Shown here: in pieces, positions 27,791 to 37,712 of the stretch | How the letters are laid out: the number at the start of each line of letters is the position of its first letter | How positions within the stretch are numbered: position 1 is the stretch's first letter | NCBI GenBank assembly: GCA_964569695.1 | Contig: CAZMUA010000016.1 | Coordinates: 5,270 to 69,269, forward strand | Reading direction: 5' to 3' | Source: an uncultured Woeseiaceae bacterium | GTDB lineage: Bacteria; Acidobacteriota; Vicinamibacteria; Vicinamibacterales; UBA823 | DNA length: 64,000 nt | The notes under the pieces: model-generated | Told to the model about the DNA's origin: nothing | Databases searched by the model: none | The model's input: only the letters and a program-made list of their open reading frames with translations | Translations under genes and position numbers: made by a program

Positions 27791-28552
27791 ATGAAGCCGA
27801 TGAAGCGAGGAATCATGCCCAAGCTAACGCGTCGCGAATGGTTTGAAACTGCCACTGCTGTCGCAGGCAGTCTTCTGGTGCCTTCAGTGCACGGAGCAGA
27901 TCTGGTGCGAGGACAGGGCACGCCGTCCATACCGGATGTGGATCATCTGATCTGGGGTGTTGCGGACTTGGAGGCCGGTATTGATCACTTGGAGCGGCTG
28001 ACCGGGGTGCGGGCGGCGGTCGGGGGGAGTCATCCGAATCGCGGAACCCGCAATGGCATTTTGGCGCTGGGCAGAAGGCAGTACATCGAAATCCTGGCTC
28101 CGGACCCGCAGCAGCCGCATATAGCAACACCGCGCGTGACGTTACTTAAACAGCTCCAGACACCTCGGCTGATGACGTGGTGTGCGCTTGGTCAAGACGT
28201 CGACGCACTCGCAAGGCAGGTGCAGGGGGCTGGGGAAACGGTCGATGAAATTCGAGATGGTGCGAGGGAACGGCCGGATGGGGTGGTGCTGCGTTGGCGA
28301 AATTTATATATCGCCGGTCACCAGGGTGACGTCATTCCATATGTCATCGAATGGGGTGTGGGGGTGCCGCATCCGAGTGCCGATGCATCGCAAGGCGGTA
28401 CGCTTCAGTTGCTCACACTGCACCATCCTGAGGCCAGTCGGATGAATGTCTTACTGGAAGCCTTGGGACTGTCTCTACGGGTCGAGTCTGGGCCGACGGC
28501 ACAGCTCACCGCGGAACTGGATACTCCACTCGGCAGGGTTGTCCTCGAGTAG
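27791..28552 (+). CDS. Tat-signal glyoxalase-like-domain (Glyoxalase_3-type VOC) protein
   Basis: LTRREWFETATAVAG. DHLIWGVADLEAGIDHLERLTGV...GTRNGILALG..QYIEILAPDP. Confidence 0.6.
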   Translation: MKPMKRGIMPKLTRREWFETATAVAGSLLVPSVHGADLVRGQGTPSIPDVDHLIWGVADLEAGIDHLERLTGVRAAVGGSHPNRGTRNGILALGRRQYIEILAPDPQQPHIATPRVTLLKQLQTPRLMTWCALGQDVDALARQVQGAGETVDEIRDGARERPDGVVLRWRNLYIAGHQGDVIPYVIEWGVGVPHPSADASQGGTLQLLTLHHPEASRMNVLLEALGLSLRVESGPTAQLTAELDTPLGRVVLE

Positions 28553-28602
28553 TCGCGCGGCGTCGGCAAGCGCCGGGCAGTGTGAATGCTGTCACTCGGG
28601 GA

Positions 28603-29745
28603 TTACACCCACCCTTTTTGTCGAAACATTCGAAGTGCATCCGTGAACCGTTCCAGTTCCTCGGGAGTGGCCGAGAGGGAGAGGCGGTTAAACGATGCCA
28701 GGGGTGGAAAAGCGCGACCGACAAGGATGTCTTGTTCTTCCATGCGGCGTCGGTATGCACCATGGTCCCCATGGATCTCATGAAACAGAAACGCGGTATG
28801 GCTTGGAAAGTACTTCAGTTCGAGTTGGTCGAGACAGGTCGTGACTATCTCACGGCATTGTGCCCAAATGCGAAGGCTCTTGGCGGTCCAGGTTGTATCC
28901 TCCAGTGCGGCGAGTGCGGCGGCAAGGCCTAGCATGTTGGGGCGACTGTGATTGGCAAACTGTTCTAGACGCTGGGCGGTGCTGGCTGCGCAGAGACCGT
29001 ATCCGACTCGCAATCCCGCCATCCCGTAGAGTTTTGAGAAGGTGCGCAATACCAAGACGTTTGAACGTGTCTGTATCCACTTGTCGGCTGACCAGTAGCT
29101 GGGGTCATTAACGAAGGGGAAGTAGGCTTCGTCGATCACAAAAAAGACATTATCGTGGGCCGAGGCGATCCATTCATCGACAGCAGCACTGGGTGTAAGG
29201 GTGCCAGTCGGGTTGTGAGGATTACAGATGTACACCAGTGTTGGCTCCTGCCATCGTGCAGCCATCGCACTCATCCGTTCAATATCGTGGGCGGCATCAC
29301 TGGTTAACGCGACTTTTTCTAGGTGGTAGGGAAATGGCTCACCGTACTCCATCGCATTTTCGTATGTTGGGTCCGCCTGGAGAATACGACTTCCGGGTGA
29401 GGCGTACGCCTGGACCGCACAGCGAATTAATTCAGTCGAGCCAGCTCCCAGAATGACTTGCTCATCACTGAGTCCATGGAGGGCTGCTAGGCGCGCTCGG
29501 AGTTGACCTCGTCGCGCACGTGGATAATGCGGAACTTCCGCGAGCGTCTCAAGGATTGCCGCTTGGGCGGTTGGCGGCAGGCCCAACGGATTGGAATTGT
29601 GATTTAACTGCAAGATACGGCGACCGGTTGTTTGGTTCTCTGTCATGTGCATGACGGGATTGGAATCCGCAAACGTGTGATTAGCGGACACAGTGAGTGC
29701 TGCCCAGGCACTGGTTCCCGCAGTCAAAAATGTTCGTCGGTCCAC
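28603..29745 (-). CDS. Tat-exported class I/II PLP aminotransferase (histidinol-phosphate aminotransferase family)
   Basis: GTG start with RBS AAGGAG. Tat motif MDRRTFLTAG...HTFA. PLP-Lys segment RTFSKLYGMAGLRVGY. ICNPHNPTG. Confidence 0.8.
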   Translation of the reverse strand: MDRRTFLTAGTSAWAALTVSANHTFADSNPVMHMTENQTTGRRILQLNHNSNPLGLPPTAQAAILETLAEVPHYPRARRGQLRARLAALHGLSDEQVILGAGSTELIRCAVQAYASPGSRILQADPTYENAMEYGEPFPYHLEKVALTSDAAHDIERMSAMAARWQEPTLVYICNPHNPTGTLTPSAAVDEWIASAHDNVFFVIDEAYFPFVNDPSYWSADKWIQTRSNVLVLRTFSKLYGMAGLRVGYGLCAASTAQRLEQFANHSRPNMLGLAAALAALEDTTWTAKSLRIWAQCREIVTTCLDQLELKYFPSHTAFLFHEIHGDHGAYRRRMEEQDILVGRAFPPLASFNRLSLSATPEELERFTDALRMFRQKGWV

Positions 29746-29754
29746 GGTATCTCC

Positions 29755-30240
29755 TTATGGTTGAATCGGATTGACAGCTACGTAGTCGTCAGCCAGTTTG
29801 TCCACTTGGTTGATCACGTCGTTGATGATCGTCGGCAGTCGTGTCGCGCTCACTCTGCCCAATGCCGCAATCGACCAGATGGTCGCAACGGTCACTTGGC
29901 CAGTTTCAACCAGCGTCACGGACGTGTTCACTTGCAGGTCAATACTGTAGGCGTAAAAGTCTTCATTAATGGCAAAGGAATTAACGTGCAAAACAATGTA
30001 CGGGTCAGCCGTCTTACTGAGTGAAATGCCAGACTGGTGGAGGCGGTCTTCGACTACTGCTTGCAGCATCGCACGAGTCAGTTGGCCGCGTTCCAAATCA
30101 GGCTTGACGTCTTCAATAATGAGATCAAGAGGGCCAATACCTTTGAGATTATCGCGCTGACTGCTCTGCGCCGTCGTCGTGGGATTGTTGCCCACGAGGA
30201 TCACGATCGTGGTGAATGCGATAAGCAGTTGTCGATGCAT
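29755..30240 (-). CDS. Small exported protein of unknown function
   Basis: 161 aa with an N-terminal hydrophobic signal. Its stop lies 9 nt before the aminotransferase start, and its last codons contain that gene's RBS. Confidence 0.5.
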   Translation of the reverse strand: MHRQLLIAFTTIVILVGNNPTTTAQSSQRDNLKGIGPLDLIIEDVKPDLERGQLTRAMLQAVVEDRLHQSGISLSKTADPYIVLHVNSFAINEDFYAYSIDLQVNTSVTLVETGQVTVATIWSIAALGRVSATRLPTIINDVINQVDKLADDYVAVNPIQP

Positions 30241-30281
30241 AACAAGTCTGTGTCAGTTGCTGACTCATTCGTTGTGATTCG

Positions 30282-32735
30282 CTATGTGACACGCCATTCG
30301 ATAAGTCCAAATTCTCGCCATTCGATGTCTTCGTCGAGAAACAGTGCTGCGGGCGGACCGATGTCACCTACCTTGTATGATTCTGTCTGCGGTTCAACCT
30401 CGAGACGGACGGCCGTTGTGGTTACGGGATCAAAGGTTACCGTGCTAAAGGTATCGTGTGCGACAGTGTACGTGTCCCGGGTGGCGACTGGGTGCCACTG
30501 GTCCTCGTGCAGATAGAGAATACGCCACGAGGACGGAAACTTACAGAACCGCTTATCGTCGAACCAATAGGTTTCGGCCGAGGAAATTTCGGTCGGCTGT
30601 TTGAAGACGTACTCCAACCATGCTGGCTCACCCACTGGTGGTCGCATTCGAAAGAAACGGTGCGATTGGTCAGCGGAATTGAGCGGCTCACGTCCGTCAT
30701 ACACCGATGCAAGATCGTCATTCTGATCGTTGTAACCGGTCCAGCCTTTTGGCACGCCACCTGAAGTGCGCACCTCGCTGATGTGTTTGGGTGGCAACGG
30801 TGGAAGCCAAGCTTGAGTTGGCGTACGAGCCATCCAGACGGCCATTTCACCCATTCCTCGATTGGCCCACAGGTAGTAAGGAATGGCCGTGAGTTGGTGG
30901 GTGACCGTGCGAGTCGTCGAGTTACCGTTGTCGCGCCGTTCGATTGCTTGCACAGATCCGGAGATGACTTGGATACCTTCGAGCAGGTCTGGTTGGAACT
31001 CCGTCTCGAGCTCGGCGTCATCGGGTACCACAATGTTCAGCGCCCGCCCGCCATTATCCGGCCACTCGGCGCAGTACACGAGTGGCCCTCGTTGCAAGGC
31101 AACGCGACCTCGGTCGTCCTCAACATTTGGGTGGGCCACAACCTGCCGCACCGGCATCGGCAGATTTAATTCCATAAGATCTCCAGCGTTCCACGTGCGG
31201 TCGAGTCTGACGTAACCCTGCTCCACGACCAGAGGTATAGGTTCTCCATTAAGACGAACGGTCGGCGGGGTGGGGGTGTCACCAATGAACTGGTAGAGTT
31301 CTCCTGGCATGACGGCCTCGCCGGTCCATCCAGGAATCCGTAGGTAGATGGTGAACCTCGTAGCACTCTCAGGATCGACATGGAGGCTGACCTGGCCATC
31401 CCAGGGATACCGGGTATCCTGGCGGAGGGTCACGGTTGTTTCATTGAGTGTCACCTCTGCTGTGCTGTCGACGAATAAGTTGACGTATAACTCATTCGAG
31501 AGGTACCTGGCGTAGATGTATTCGCCGACTGACGCCACCATGCGGACGACGTTGGGAGGACAACATGGCACATTAATCCATTCAAAGCGTTCGTAATCAC
31601 CAAACGACTTCAGAGGATTCTGGTAGAAGAAACGGTCACCTTGAAGATTAACCCCGACCAGCAGGGCGTTGTAGAGCACCCGTTCCATCACGTCGATGTA
31701 CTTGGCATCTTTGTCACGGAGGAACAGGCGATGATTCCAGACGACCATTCCGTAAGCCGCGCAGGTTTCGTTCCAGGCACTTAAGTTGGGTAATTCGTAG
31801 GCTTCACCAAATTGCTCGTGGAATCGGATGGAACCAATACCGCCCGTGAGATAGGTCTTGTAATGGATCGTATCTTGCCAGATAGCGTCAACGGCATTGT
31901 TGTACGCATCGCTTTGGGCCAATGTGCCGATATCGGTCATGGGAATGTAGAGGAAGGTAGCTCGCACGCAGTGACCCACCGCTTCAGCTTGGTCGATGAC
32001 CGGAGCGTGGTCTTGTGCCATTGTGCGATCGCGGGCATATTCCCCGAGCCGTTCGTAATCTTCTTTTCCTCGCTCGTCCGCAAAAAACTTTGCAAGTTTC
32101 CAGTACCGGTCGTCTCCGGTATTGCGATAGAGTGCGATGAGGCCCATCTTCATACCTTGGTGCCCCGAAATGTATGTGTCTTTGCCAGGTCCGTATCCCT
32201 GATCAATTTGGTCGGCAGCTTTTAGTGCTGCTTCTAAAATTTGCCGTTTTCCGGTTGCTTTGTAATACGCGGTTGCAGCTTCAAGAAAATGTCCGGACAC
32301 CCGAACCGCTTGGTTGGCGCTCTCTAGTCGGCTGTCAAGAGATGCCAACATTTCGTTGATGGTTTGGTCCGTGGAAGTTTCTAGTTGTTGATCCGGTCGG
32401 TCGGTCAACATGTACGCAGCTGCTTCCACTAGTTTTGCAACATTAAAGACGCTCCCGCTTTCAAACCTGACCAAGCAGTGGTCGAGTGACACGTTCCGGT
32501 TCGCTTCCATTCGTGGGCGCCAAAATGAATCGGTGATTGTGACTTGGTCAAGTGGAACGGCCTGAGCACTATAATTTTCGACTGTTTGCAGCGTTGGGAT
32601 GACGGACACGCCGTTCGTGTTTACGAACCGTTTATTCGTCCCGGCGTACCCAAGGGTCCGACCAGTGGGAGAAAGAGTAATTAACCCCATGGCAGCCGCA
32701 GCTTGAAGAAAACGTCGACGATCGATCGAACTCAT
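30282..32735 (-). CDS. Tat-exported glycoside hydrolase family 127 (DUF1680, beta-L-arabinofuranosidase-like) with a C-terminal discoidin/CBM32-like domain
   Basis: Start refined to the ATG at 32735 (RBS AAGGA; MSSIDRRRFLQAAAAMG). The DUF1680-type core includes CCPPNVVR. The C-terminal ~150 aa are beta-rich. Confidence 0.75.
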   Translation of the reverse strand: MSSIDRRRFLQAAAAMGLITLSPTGRTLGYAGTNKRFVNTNGVSVIPTLQTVENYSAQAVPLDQVTITDSFWRPRMEANRNVSLDHCLVRFESGSVFNVAKLVEAAAYMLTDRPDQQLETSTDQTINEMLASLDSRLESANQAVRVSGHFLEAATAYYKATGKRQILEAALKAADQIDQGYGPGKDTYISGHQGMKMGLIALYRNTGDDRYWKLAKFFADERGKEDYERLGEYARDRTMAQDHAPVIDQAEAVGHCVRATFLYIPMTDIGTLAQSDAYNNAVDAIWQDTIHYKTYLTGGIGSIRFHEQFGEAYELPNLSAWNETCAAYGMVVWNHRLFLRDKDAKYIDVMERVLYNALLVGVNLQGDRFFYQNPLKSFGDYERFEWINVPCCPPNVVRMVASVGEYIYARYLSNELYVNLFVDSTAEVTLNETTVTLRQDTRYPWDGQVSLHVDPESATRFTIYLRIPGWTGEAVMPGELYQFIGDTPTPPTVRLNGEPIPLVVEQGYVRLDRTWNAGDLMELNLPMPVRQVVAHPNVEDDRGRVALQRGPLVYCAEWPDNGGRALNIVVPDDAELETEFQPDLLEGIQVISGSVQAIERRDNGNSTTRTVTHQLTAIPYYLWANRGMGEMAVWMARTPTQAWLPPLPPKHISEVRTSGGVPKGWTGYNDQNDDLASVYDGREPLNSADQSHRFFRMRPPVGEPAWLEYVFKQPTEISSAETYWFDDKRFCKFPSSWRILYLHEDQWHPVATRDTYTVAHDTFSTVTFDPVTTTAVRLEVEPQTESYKVGDIGPPAALFLDEDIEWREFGLIEWRVT

Positions 32736-32879
32736 TTCATTTTTCCTTAAGAGACAGCGCAGGCTTTCTGCCCTGCGATGTGACAATCCTACGTGGCTCC
32801 GGCAGTGCCGTCAAACGAACGTGCATTGCATGTAAGAGAAATCTTAGATAGTGTCTTTTGCAGGTTGAAGGAGATCGCA

Positions 32880-34517
32880 ATGCGTCATTCAAAACAGATA
32901 GGTTCGGCGGTAATCGGAGCGCTCCTGGTGCTTGGTTGCAATAATCCAATCAGCATTGAGGAGTCTAAGAACGCCAGTCAGCCCGAAACCGCCAACGCCC
33001 GACCGAACATTCTGTTACTCGTTGCCGACGATATGGGGTACACCGATCTTGGGTCGTTCGGCAGTGAGATTCCGACACCGAACTTGGATGCTCTCGCGTT
33101 TGATGGCGTGCGCTTTGTGAACTTCCACGCTGCGCCCAGTTGTGCACCGACTCGGGCCATGCTGATGTCGGGTCTGACCGGCGGTGAAGCAGGCGTGACG
33201 GACACCATGGCTCCCGTGTTGGCAAACAACGTCGCAGCTTTACCTGCGCTCCTTCAGGATGCGGGTTACCGCACCTACATGGCCGGTAAATGGCATCTCG
33301 GCATTGAACGCGACCAGAGTCCGACCGCCCGAGGGTTCGATGCCTCGTTCGCATTGCTTCGAGGTGGGGACAGTCACTTGGGAGCTAGTCATTTTGCACC
33401 TCAGACTGTGGCCTATCGTGAAAACGGTCAGCTCGTCCAAGTTCCTACCGACTGGTTTTCAAGCAGGCTCTACACAGACAAACTCATCGAGATGATTCGC
33501 TCTGGCGAAGACAACCGAAGCCCGTGGTTCGGGTATTTGGCGTTTACCGCACCACATTGGCCACTGCAGGCACCGGCGAACTGGCGAGATCGGTCAGCCG
33601 ACCGTTACGATGGAGGATACGACCTCCTACGAGCAGCTCGCATCAACCGCGCCGGGGAACTTGGGATTATTCCAGATACCACCAGTGTCGAGGATTACGC
33701 CGGTCTTGCGCCCGCCTGGGAAGACCTAGATGCCGAAGCGCGTCAGAAGAACTCACGAGCGATGGAGTTGTATGCGGCCATGGTCGAAAACATGGACTAC
33801 CATATTGGACGTCTCTTGGAGTACCTGCGAACAACCAACCAGTTCGACAACACAGTGATCCTCTTCTTCTCCGACAACGGTGCGTCTGGTTCCGATTCCA
33901 GTTTCCGACCGAGAATGCCTTGGAAGCCGGACCTCGCTTGGAATAATAGTTTGCCCAATATGGGTCAGGCAGGGTCGTTTGTTGCGATTGGGCGGGGGTG
34001 GGCAGAAGCGACGACAGCCCCATATCGTGATGTGAAAGGATCGCTATACGAAGGCGGTACACGGGCTGCAGCCTTTATGCATCATGAGTCGCTTTTGCAT
34101 GGTGGGAACATCGATCGTGGGTATCTGACGGTGATGGATGTACTCCCGACGTTGCTCGAGATTGGAGGAACGGCGCATCCCGGTGCTGAATTTCAGGGCC
34201 GTTCCGTACTTCCCATCCGAGGACGGTCATTTTGGTCACGAGTTCAGGGTCAATCGGAACCAGTGCACGGTGACAACGACGCCATACCATGGATAAGCTC
34301 GTCTCCGAGATCTCGAGGTCCGCAAGCAGCTCTTGTCCGGGGAGACTGGAAAATCGTGCGAGAGCGAGAACCTTCCAGTGTTCCTGAAGCCGCACCTGTG
34401 TGGAGGTTGTATCACTTGGCGACCGATCCCGGAGAGACTACCGATGTGGCGGAGCAGTGGCCCGACCTTCTAGAAGAATTAATTGCGCTGTGGAATGTTT
34501 ACGAGGCAGGACTGTAG
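32880..34517 (+). CDS. Cys-type arylsulfatase (sulfatase family S1) lipoprotein
   Basis: ATG at 32880 with RBS GAAGGAG. Lipobox LVLGC. LLVADDMGYTDLG. Formylglycine motif SCAPTRAMLMSG. Confidence 0.9.
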   Translation: MRHSKQIGSAVIGALLVLGCNNPISIEESKNASQPETANARPNILLLVADDMGYTDLGSFGSEIPTPNLDALAFDGVRFVNFHAAPSCAPTRAMLMSGLTGGEAGVTDTMAPVLANNVAALPALLQDAGYRTYMAGKWHLGIERDQSPTARGFDASFALLRGGDSHLGASHFAPQTVAYRENGQLVQVPTDWFSSRLYTDKLIEMIRSGEDNRSPWFGYLAFTAPHWPLQAPANWRDRSADRYDGGYDLLRAARINRAGELGIIPDTTSVEDYAGLAPAWEDLDAEARQKNSRAMELYAAMVENMDYHIGRLLEYLRTTNQFDNTVILFFSDNGASGSDSSFRPRMPWKPDLAWNNSLPNMGQAGSFVAIGRGWAEATTAPYRDVKGSLYEGGTRAAAFMHHESLLHGGNIDRGYLTVMDVLPTLLEIGGTAHPGAEFQGRSVLPIRGRSFWSRVQGQSEPVHGDNDAIPWISSSPRSRGPQAALVRGDWKIVREREPSSVPEAAPVWRLYHLATDPGETTDVAEQWPDLLEELIALWNVYEAGL

Positions 34518-34547
34518 CGTAACATTTGTAGGAGGAGACGTACTTTT

Positions 34548-35939
34548 GTGAGACGGACAAAAATTATCGCGACGATTGGACCCGCGAGCGACACTGACGA
34601 GGCAGTCGATGCTCTGATAGCAGCTGGCGTCGACATCTTTCGTATCAACTTTTCTCATGGCGATCGCGCAAGCCAGCAACGAATGTATGAACGTATTCGT
34701 GCGGCTGCAGACCGAGCTGGTCAGTTGGTCGCTATTATGCAAGATCTGGCTGGTCCGAAGATTCGTACAGGTCGCTTGAATGAAGGCGAGGCTGTGCGGT
34801 TGCAGGAAGGCGCGATGCTGCGAATTGCTACTGGAGACTTCGTGGGTACGGTGGATCGCCTCTCTACCACCTTTGCGGGTCTGGCGAAAGCGGTGACGGC
34901 TGGAACACGTTTATTACTTGACGATGGGCGTATTGAACTCCGCGTGTGTGACAGTGATGGGTCTGAAGTTGTTACCGAAGTGGTCCATGGTGGTGTGCTG
35001 GGAGAACACAAAGGCATTAATGCGCCTGGTGTGGCGCTCGCGGCCTCGGCACTTACGGAAAAGGATGTCGAGGATCTGAAATTTGGTGTGAATCTGGGTG
35101 TTGATTTTGCAGCAGTAAGCTTTGTCCAAACTTCAGAGGACTTACAACGCGCCCGCGAAGTGGCGGGGTCAGCGGTGGCTCTGGTCGCGAAGATCGAACG
35201 TCCTCAGGCGGTAGAACGTTTCAGCGAGATTTTGCAGGTGGCCGACGCGATTATGGTAGCGCGCGGTGATCTCGGGTTGGAGATCCCTCTAGAACATGTT
35301 CCGCGGGTGCAGAAGGAATTGACTCAGCAGGCCCGAGCCGTTGGGATTCCAGTGATCGTTGCGACACAGGTACTCGACACCATGCGGTTTGAGCCACGCC
35401 CAACGAGGGCTGAGGTGAATGATGCGGCGAATGCGGTCTACGATGGAGTGGATGCCATCATGCTGGCAGGTGAAACCGCAGTCGGTGAATTTCCTGCGCT
35501 GACCGTTGAAACACTTGCCTCGGTGATCGTCGATGCTGAGAGTGTGCCGCCGACGGTGCAAGCCTCTCCGAGTACGCCGGGTCAACACCATGGCCGTGCG
35601 CTTTGTGAAGCCGCCCTGAAATTGGCGACGTCGTTTCAGGCCGCTGTGATTGTTGCGGTAACCCGCCGCGGTGCTACGGCACAACAACTGGCAGCGCTCA
35701 GGCCTCCGGTACCTATTTTTGCAGTGACCGATGAGCCCGCGATTGCACGTCGGCTTACGTTGTCCTGGGGCGTAGTGTCGTCTACTTTAGACGCGTCCGA
35801 GTTGGACACAGCCTCAATTCAACAAACACTCTTGCAGCAAGAAACCCTACGGTCCGGTGATACCGTTGTCTTTGTTAGAGTCCATTCCGATCTGACGCTG
35901 GCCGCTGGCAATTTTCTTAAACTGCAGACACTTCCATAG
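34548..35939 (+). CDS. pyk: Pyruvate kinase
   Basis: GTG start after GGAGGAG. RRTKIIATIGPAS...RINFSHGD...DLAGPKIR...MVARGDLG. Confidence 0.9.
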   Translation: MRRTKIIATIGPASDTDEAVDALIAAGVDIFRINFSHGDRASQQRMYERIRAAADRAGQLVAIMQDLAGPKIRTGRLNEGEAVRLQEGAMLRIATGDFVGTVDRLSTTFAGLAKAVTAGTRLLLDDGRIELRVCDSDGSEVVTEVVHGGVLGEHKGINAPGVALAASALTEKDVEDLKFGVNLGVDFAAVSFVQTSEDLQRAREVAGSAVALVAKIERPQAVERFSEILQVADAIMVARGDLGLEIPLEHVPRVQKELTQQARAVGIPVIVATQVLDTMRFEPRPTRAEVNDAANAVYDGVDAIMLAGETAVGEFPALTVETLASVIVDAESVPPTVQASPSTPGQHHGRALCEAALKLATSFQAAVIVAVTRRGATAQQLAALRPPVPIFAVTDEPAIARRLTLSWGVVSSTLDASELDTASIQQTLLQQETLRSGDTVVFVRVHSDLTLAAGNFLKLQTLP

Positions 35940-35976
35940 CGCACGTAACAAGCTGGTTTGCACAAATGGGGGAGCA

Positions 35977-36357
35977 GTGGTGCATTGGTTTGGATTGCTT
36001 GCGGATGTTGTAGTGCTCGCCCATATGGGCTTTGTGCTCTTTGTGGTGCTTGGTGGTCTAGCCGTATATTGGCGGCCATGGGTTCTCTGGTGGCACGTCC
36101 CGGCCGTTCTTTGGGGGGTCGGTATTGAATGGGTCGGCGCAATCTGTCCGTTGACACTGGTGGAGAACTGGCTACGAAATCAAGCGGGTGAGGACGGGTA
36201 TGCTGGTGACTTTATTCAACAGTACCTACTGCCGACTCTGTATCCAGCAGGTCTGACGCGTGAGATTCAAATAATGTTAGGGGCGGCAGCTCTTACGATT
36301 AACATCGCTGTGTACTTCTGGCTGTGGCGGCGGCATTGCGGTTCTATCAAACGATAG
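35977..36357 (+). CDS. DUF2784-like small membrane protein
   Basis: Three to four TM segments. The conserved CPLT..EN.LR motif is present as ICPLTLVENWLR. Confidence 0.55.
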   Translation: MVHWFGLLADVVVLAHMGFVLFVVLGGLAVYWRPWVLWWHVPAVLWGVGIEWVGAICPLTLVENWLRNQAGEDGYAGDFIQQYLLPTLYPAGLTREIQIMLGAAALTINIAVYFWLWRRHCGSIKR

Positions 36358-36412
36358 CTTCGTTTGAGCAAGCATTGCCACGGGGACAGAAGGTGCCGGC
36401 GACTACCGCAGG

Positions 36413-37585
36413 TTATTGTTTCCCAAGCGTGGGTCCTCCCGTGTCGACCTGATTGGGCACTCGGTCTGCTGCAGCAGGTAAAAGTGGAAAAGGTACGTGG
36501 GGTTCGTCTTGGTACCAGTATGCCACCGTGTACCAATTATCTGCCCGATGGTTACCGTGTCCGTGTTCCATAGTGACACGAATGGAATCCTGGAAGGCGA
36601 CCGGTGACTCGGTGTGATGGCGATAGACCATCCATTCGGCTCCGCGATTGTCTCCGCCGTTCATCGGGTTACCGTAACGCTGGAATGCGAATGTGGGTTT
36701 GGCGTGTCCAAACGGGTTGATACCACAGCCGCCGTAACACCAGGCACCCAGATAGTAATCCTCAGAGCCGGTTCCAATAATCTGTGGCGCAGTGGCACCA
36801 TCAATGAAGATCATTTCGTCACCAGCTCCCCACCAGTCACCTTGATTTTGCAAGATGCTGTGGCTGACGCCCACGTAGTGCCCGCGTCCTGCGGTTTCAA
36901 GGATGACGTAGTTGTCCTCACCGTTGAGGTTGGCGTGGTCTGCAATAAGGGGATCCATAGTCAAATTCCAGTCAGTCGTCCAGACCTCTGGCGGGGTAGC
37001 CTGTCGGTACTGTGCGTGAAAATATGCCAAGTTATTGTCTAGGCTCAAATGTTTCTCGTAATCGATGTTGTAGTAGTACGCGCTAATTGGCTGTTCACCT
37101 TCATTGGTTACTGTAATCCGTGCGGACTCATGAAATGGCATCGGAAAGAACGAATTGAGGGCCTTCAACGCTCCGACGGACAAGAGGGATGATTCGTAGA
37201 CAAAGTACTGGCCGAGGCCAAGGCCGAAGAAGTCGCCGATGGGTGCTTCCACGCTCGGTTCGGTTTCGCCATCCCAATACATGCGAAGTACAATTTTCTT
37301 CAGGTGATACCACTCTGGGGAGTCGAGCGTAATCCAGATATGGCTAATGATTGCCGGGCCTTCGATTTCGGCCATGGTCCGGGTTTCTCCAGGACCGATC
37401 GGATTCACGCGCCCACCATCATCGTTGCGACCGGAGCGATCGTAACTGGACACGCGATGGTTTTCGTAACTGCGGAACCGCGCGAGGTCGCTCAACTCAT
37501 TACCCACCGGCTGCGCTCCTGCTAGGTGTGCCGACAGTAGAAGCACGGCGAGTATCAGGTGTCCGTACATTCGTGGATAGATCAT
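36413..37585 (-). CDS. Exported DUF2961 (GH172-like) protein
   Basis: Signal peptide present. SSYDRSGRNDDG and the jelly-roll-type pattern are typical of DUF2961. Confidence 0.65.
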   Translation of the reverse strand: MIYPRMYGHLILAVLLLSAHLAGAQPVGNELSDLARFRSYENHRVSSYDRSGRNDDGGRVNPIGPGETRTMAEIEGPAIISHIWITLDSPEWYHLKKIVLRMYWDGETEPSVEAPIGDFFGLGLGQYFVYESSLLSVGALKALNSFFPMPFHESARITVTNEGEQPISAYYYNIDYEKHLSLDNNLAYFHAQYRQATPPEVWTTDWNLTMDPLIADHANLNGEDNYVILETAGRGHYVGVSHSILQNQGDWWGAGDEMIFIDGATAPQIIGTGSEDYYLGAWCYGGCGINPFGHAKPTFAFQRYGNPMNGGDNRGAEWMVYRHHTESPVAFQDSIRVTMEHGHGNHRADNWYTVAYWYQDEPHVPFPLLPAAADRVPNQVDTGGPTLGKQ

Positions 37586-37712
37586 GACCAGAGTCCTTCC
37601 TTGGTTCGATACTAATGAATAAATGGACCTTTGAATTTCACTTGCGTGGACGTCACGGAGTTGATAGTACCACGGGAAGAATTAATTCCCGAGACGTCGG
37701 AGGAGGGGTGTA

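Noticed and set aside
37673-37691. Inverted repeat CGGGAA-N7-TTCCCG in the leader of the 37713 gene, considered as an operator or riboregulator
   Set aside because: The arms are only 6 bp, there is no second copy and no adjacent regulator gene. It is within chance expectation for a 64-kb window.
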